Source: Bdellovibrionia bacterium
GTDB lineage: Bacteria > Bdellovibrionota > UBA1018
DNA: 30,743 bases
Direction: 5' to 3'
NCBI GenBank assembly: GCA_049424145.1
Contig: JBMSSC010000016.1
Coordinates: 1 to 30,743, forward strand
Below, one piece after another: positions 28,493 through 30,743 of this stretch. A program made the translations under genes and the position numbers. Position 1 is the stretch's first letter; the number at the start of each line of letters is the position of its first letter. The notes below the pieces were generated by a model. That model was not told the DNA's origin and ran no database searches. It saw nothing but the letters and a program-made list of their open reading frames with translations.

Positions 28493-29242
28493 TTATCTCG
28501 CGTTCTTCACAGTCCGGCGTACCGTAACAATCCCACTCCGAGGACCGGGGACGCTCCCATGAACCAACAACAGTTGATTCTCTAAATCCACGCGCACAAC
28601 CTGAACGTTTTGAACAGTCTTGCGAACGTTACCCATTTGACCTGCCATCTTTTTATTCTTAAAACACTTGGCTGGATCGGCGCGGTTTCCGATGGACCCG
28701 AGTTGACGATGCGATAACGAAGCACCGTGGGTTTTATTCCCCCCGGCCATGTGGTACCGCTTCATCCCGCCTTGAAAACCTTTTCCCTTGCTGACTGCCG
28801 TCAGATCCACGCAATCCCCAGGCTTGAGGAATTCAGCAGATAGGACTTTACCCACGGTCAAACCATCCAGCTTGTCATTTTGAGCCAATCTGAACTCTTG
28901 ATAGTGGTAGAAGCCAGAAGTCGAGGACGCTTTGGCATGCCCCTTCTCAGGACGATTACAGGCTTTTTCTTTCTTCTCTAAAAAACCCACTTGAATCGCT
29001 TGATATCCGTTTTGATCTTGGCTTTTGACTTGAGTGATCACAGCAGGCTTCAAATCAATCACGGTGACTGCAATGGAGTCCCCGTTCTCGTTAAAGACTT
29101 GAGTCATGCCGGCTTTCACTCCCAAAACTCCACCTCGACCTTGGGTCAGACTCACGCGCTCGCGTGAACCCAGATCCAACTTCGCATGGGACTCAGGAGC
29201 TTTTGAGGCACTCGTTGCCGTTGCTTCAGGCGCTTGTTCCAT
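28493..29242 (-). CDS. rplC: 50S ribosomal protein L3 with N-terminal extension
   Basis: GVKAGMTQVF, GYQAIQVG, SKGKGFQG, MAGQMG, GSVPG. ATG 29242 has a GGAG SD. Confidence 0.97.
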   Translation of the reverse strand: MEQAPEATATSASKAPESHAKLDLGSRERVSLTQGRGGVLGVKAGMTQVFNENGDSIAVTVIDLKPAVITQVKSQDQNGYQAIQVGFLEKKEKACNRPEKGHAKASSTSGFYHYQEFRLAQNDKLDGLTVGKVLSAEFLKPGDCVDLTAVSKGKGFQGGMKRYHMAGGNKTHGASLSHRQLGSIGNRADPAKCFKNKKMAGQMGNVRKTVQNVQVVRVDLENQLLLVHGSVPGPRSGIVTVRRTVKNAR

Positions 29243-29254
29243 AGTTTAATCTCC

Positions 29255-29554
29255 AAGAAGAGCACTGACACGTTCCAGCCCGCTCTTCAGTTTTGCTCTC
29301 CAGCAATTTTGTTCTTTCGAACCTACCGTCACAGCATCACCGGGAAGCCGCCATAATTCAGATTAAGGCCGCCGGATGCTTTCATGCGATAGACACAGAG
29401 TGCCGTGACTTTTTCTTTGGGAATATCCTTACGGTTACTGCAAAGAAGAGTTTCGCTTCACCCCGAAGAAACATGATCCCTGAACTTTCTTAAAGAATGG
29501 GGATCATGATGTCTCTTGGCTTTTCAGCCCACTTTGTCCATGAGACAAAGTGAA
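29255..29554 (-). ncRNA. Candidate structured RNA element (multi-hairpin) filling the rpsJ-rplC spacer
   Basis: Serial and nested helices read by eye, including GGCT-GAAA-AGCC, GTTC-GAAA-GAAC, CC-GTAA-GG tetraloops and three 9-bp helices. Family not recognised. Confidence 0.55.
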
Positions 29555-29866
29555 TTAGGACTTAATTTCGACGTCAACCCCAGCTGATAAATCGAGTTTC
29601 ATCAAAGAATCGACGGTTTGCTGAGTTGGCTCCAAAATATCCAAAAGCCGCTTATGAGTTCGAACTTCGAACTGCTCGCGGGACTTTTTGTCTACATGAG
29701 GAGACCTCAAAACGCAATACTTATTAATTACGGTCGGAAGAGGAATTGGACCTCGTACCGTTGCTCCAGTCCGTTTTGCCGTATTGACAATTTCCCAGAC
29801 GGATTGATCCAAAACTCGATGATCAAATGCTTTCAGTTTAATTCGAATCTTATGTTCCATAGCCAT
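29555..29866 (-). CDS. rpsJ: 30S ribosomal protein S10
   Basis: [43 protein letters not shown] 29866 (8 nt after GGAG) preferred over GTG 29872. Confidence 0.98.
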   Translation of the reverse strand: MAMEHKIRIKLKAFDHRVLDQSVWEIVNTAKRTGATVRGPIPLPTVINKYCVLRSPHVDKKSREQFEVRTHKRLLDILEPTQQTVDSLMKLDLSAGVDVEIKS

Positions 29867-29890
29867 AGTCACATCTCCAGTTTAAATTTT

Positions 29891-29940
29891 CAGGGGAGTT
29901 CCCCTAGCACGGATGTGTGTGGCTAGGCAATCTGTCCCTG
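29891..29940 (-). promoter_or_regulatory. Structured 5' leader of the S10 operon (candidate r-leader)
   Basis: Minus strand CAGGG...CCTAG(C)CAC-ACACATCC-GTGCTAGG...CCCTG: nested helices between the promoter and the rpsJ SD. Confidence 0.55.
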
Positions 29941-29957
29941 AGCTTCAGAATCCGGGT

Positions 29958-30008
29958 GATATACCGATTTTAGAGAAAGATGACAAGGTGAAAAAAGTTT
30001 TTTTTAAA
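29958..30008 (-). promoter_or_regulatory. Sigma70 promoter with A/T-tract UP-like element for the S10 operon
   Basis: TTGTCA (29986-29981), 17 nt, TATATC (29963-29958), with A/T tracts at 29991-30008. Confidence 0.6.
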
Positions 30009-30019
30009 AGGAGCGCGAG

Positions 30020-30328
30020 TCAGGAACGATCGCAAGCGCAAACGTTCAGACGAACTCGACAAAGCTCAATGGCCTGTTCTTGACTCAATCGAGTCAGAAG
30101 GATCGCTTCTCGATAGCAAGCCACAGGATCCGCGGATTGAGCCCCCTGACACAGACGAAGAGCCACTTCAGATTCATACCCAAAGGCTTGGGCTTGCTTA
30201 ACACACTCCACTTGAGGAGCAGTAAAACCAGGAACTGAACTCAAAAAGGCACAGACGCAGAATAATAGGCTGAAATTTTTTTTCCAATTGAACTGAACGG
30301 TTTGACCCATAAAAAACACCTTCTTCAC
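30020..30328 (-). CDS. Small hypothetical secreted Cys-rich protein with an internal duplication
   Basis: Hydrophobic signal-like segment, then two similar units C-x3-A...A-x-x-LC (CVKQA...ALRLC; CYREA...AIELC). Start may be ATG 30310. Confidence 0.6.
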   Translation of the reverse strand: MKKVFFMGQTVQFNWKKNFSLLFCVCAFLSSVPGFTAPQVECVKQAQAFGYESEVALRLCQGAQSADPVACYREAILLTRLSQEQAIELCRVRLNVCACDRS

Positions 30329-30474
30329 TGCTTTTCTTCACCAGGAAACTCACTGACACCTTACCCTGCGAGTCCTCGGTCCTGCCCCTCGTGCAAGAGA
30401 CATACCCCAAAAGGAAAACCTGGATTGGACTCACTTCTCTTCAAATCAGGGGAAGACCAAGTACAGCCCAACTC

Positions 30475-30503
30475 AAAACAGGTGTCTAAGGCGTAGACAC
30501 CTG
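30475..30503 (-). terminator. Intrinsic terminator
   Basis: Minus strand CAGGTGTCTA-CGCCT-TAGACACCTG-TTTT: perfect 10-bp stem plus T run. Confidence 0.7.
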
Positions 30504-30506
30504 CCT

Positions 30507-30702
30507 AAGCCCGATACGTCCCGATCCACACTCCCTCAGCCCAGTCAAAACGTATGTCGTTTTGCCGGTGCCGTTAGACAGGGCGTAAGCCGCCAAGTCC
30601 GTAATGACTTGTTACCATGCGGCGGCCACAGGGTAACGGATGAGCAGCAGAGGAACCCGTGTTTGAGCAAGCTAAGGAAGGCTTGCGGAGTAAAAAGACT
30701 TG
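30507..30702 (-). ncRNA. Candidate rod-shaped small RNA (6S-like size and topology, family unassigned)
   Basis: Six nested, near-symmetric helices centred on ~30602. G-U pairs form only on the minus strand, and a terminator follows directly. Confidence 0.5.
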
Positions 30703-30743
30703 CTTCCCATTCTGCGGATTCCATGTTAGCCAGCTTTAAGTCA

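Noticed and set aside
29255..29290. Hammerhead ribozyme (CTGAAGA on the minus strand)
   Set aside because: No GAAA follows the putative stem II, and the bases are used in the GAAGAGC/GCTCTTC helix.
29293..29493. 66-aa plus-strand ORF in the rpsJ-rplC spacer
   Set aside because: Antisense to a highly expressed operon, TTG start without SD, no recognisable motif.
13293..29926. Many short antisense or alternate-frame ORFs within ribosomal genes
   Set aside because: Shadow ORFs of conserved genes, with no SD or motifs.
30544..30743. Minus-strand open frame entering from the window edge (..DLKLANMESAEW...KRHTF*), and a GTGKTT Walker-A-like string in another frame
   Set aside because: No recognisable family, and the Walker-like frame is bounded by nearby stops. 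Cannot be fully excluded without flanking sequence.

Overview
Bacterial chromosomal window, probably from a deltaproteobacteria-like lineage such as Bdellovibrionota/Oligoflexia (inferred from gene content and style, not verified). Left part (1-13.2 kb): a sigma54-dependent activator with a PocR-like sensor, a TlpA thioredoxin divergent from an HNH nuclease/ECF sigma/zinc anti-sigma cluster, orphan secreted proteins, a pantothenate/CoA operon (ilvC-like, panB, coaX, coaBC, panC) and a host-attachment (baeRF12-like) gene. Right part (13.3-29.9 kb): the S10-spc-alpha ribosomal superoperon on the minus strand (rpsJ to rplQ, with secY, adk, map, rpoA and an rpmJ missed by the ORF track). infA is absent and no tuf/fusA lies immediately upstream. 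Most notable observations: (1) a single in-frame TAG at 7105-7107 splits an otherwise intact ilvC-like gene inside its metal-binding DLxxEQ motif; (2) a 312-nt, heavily base-paired spacer between rpsJ and rplC; (3) a ~170-200-nt rod-shaped minus-strand RNA candidate with a downstream terminator at the right edge; (4) widespread Ala/Lys-rich terminal extensions on ribosomal proteins. All protein assignments come from motif recognition by eye; no searches were run.
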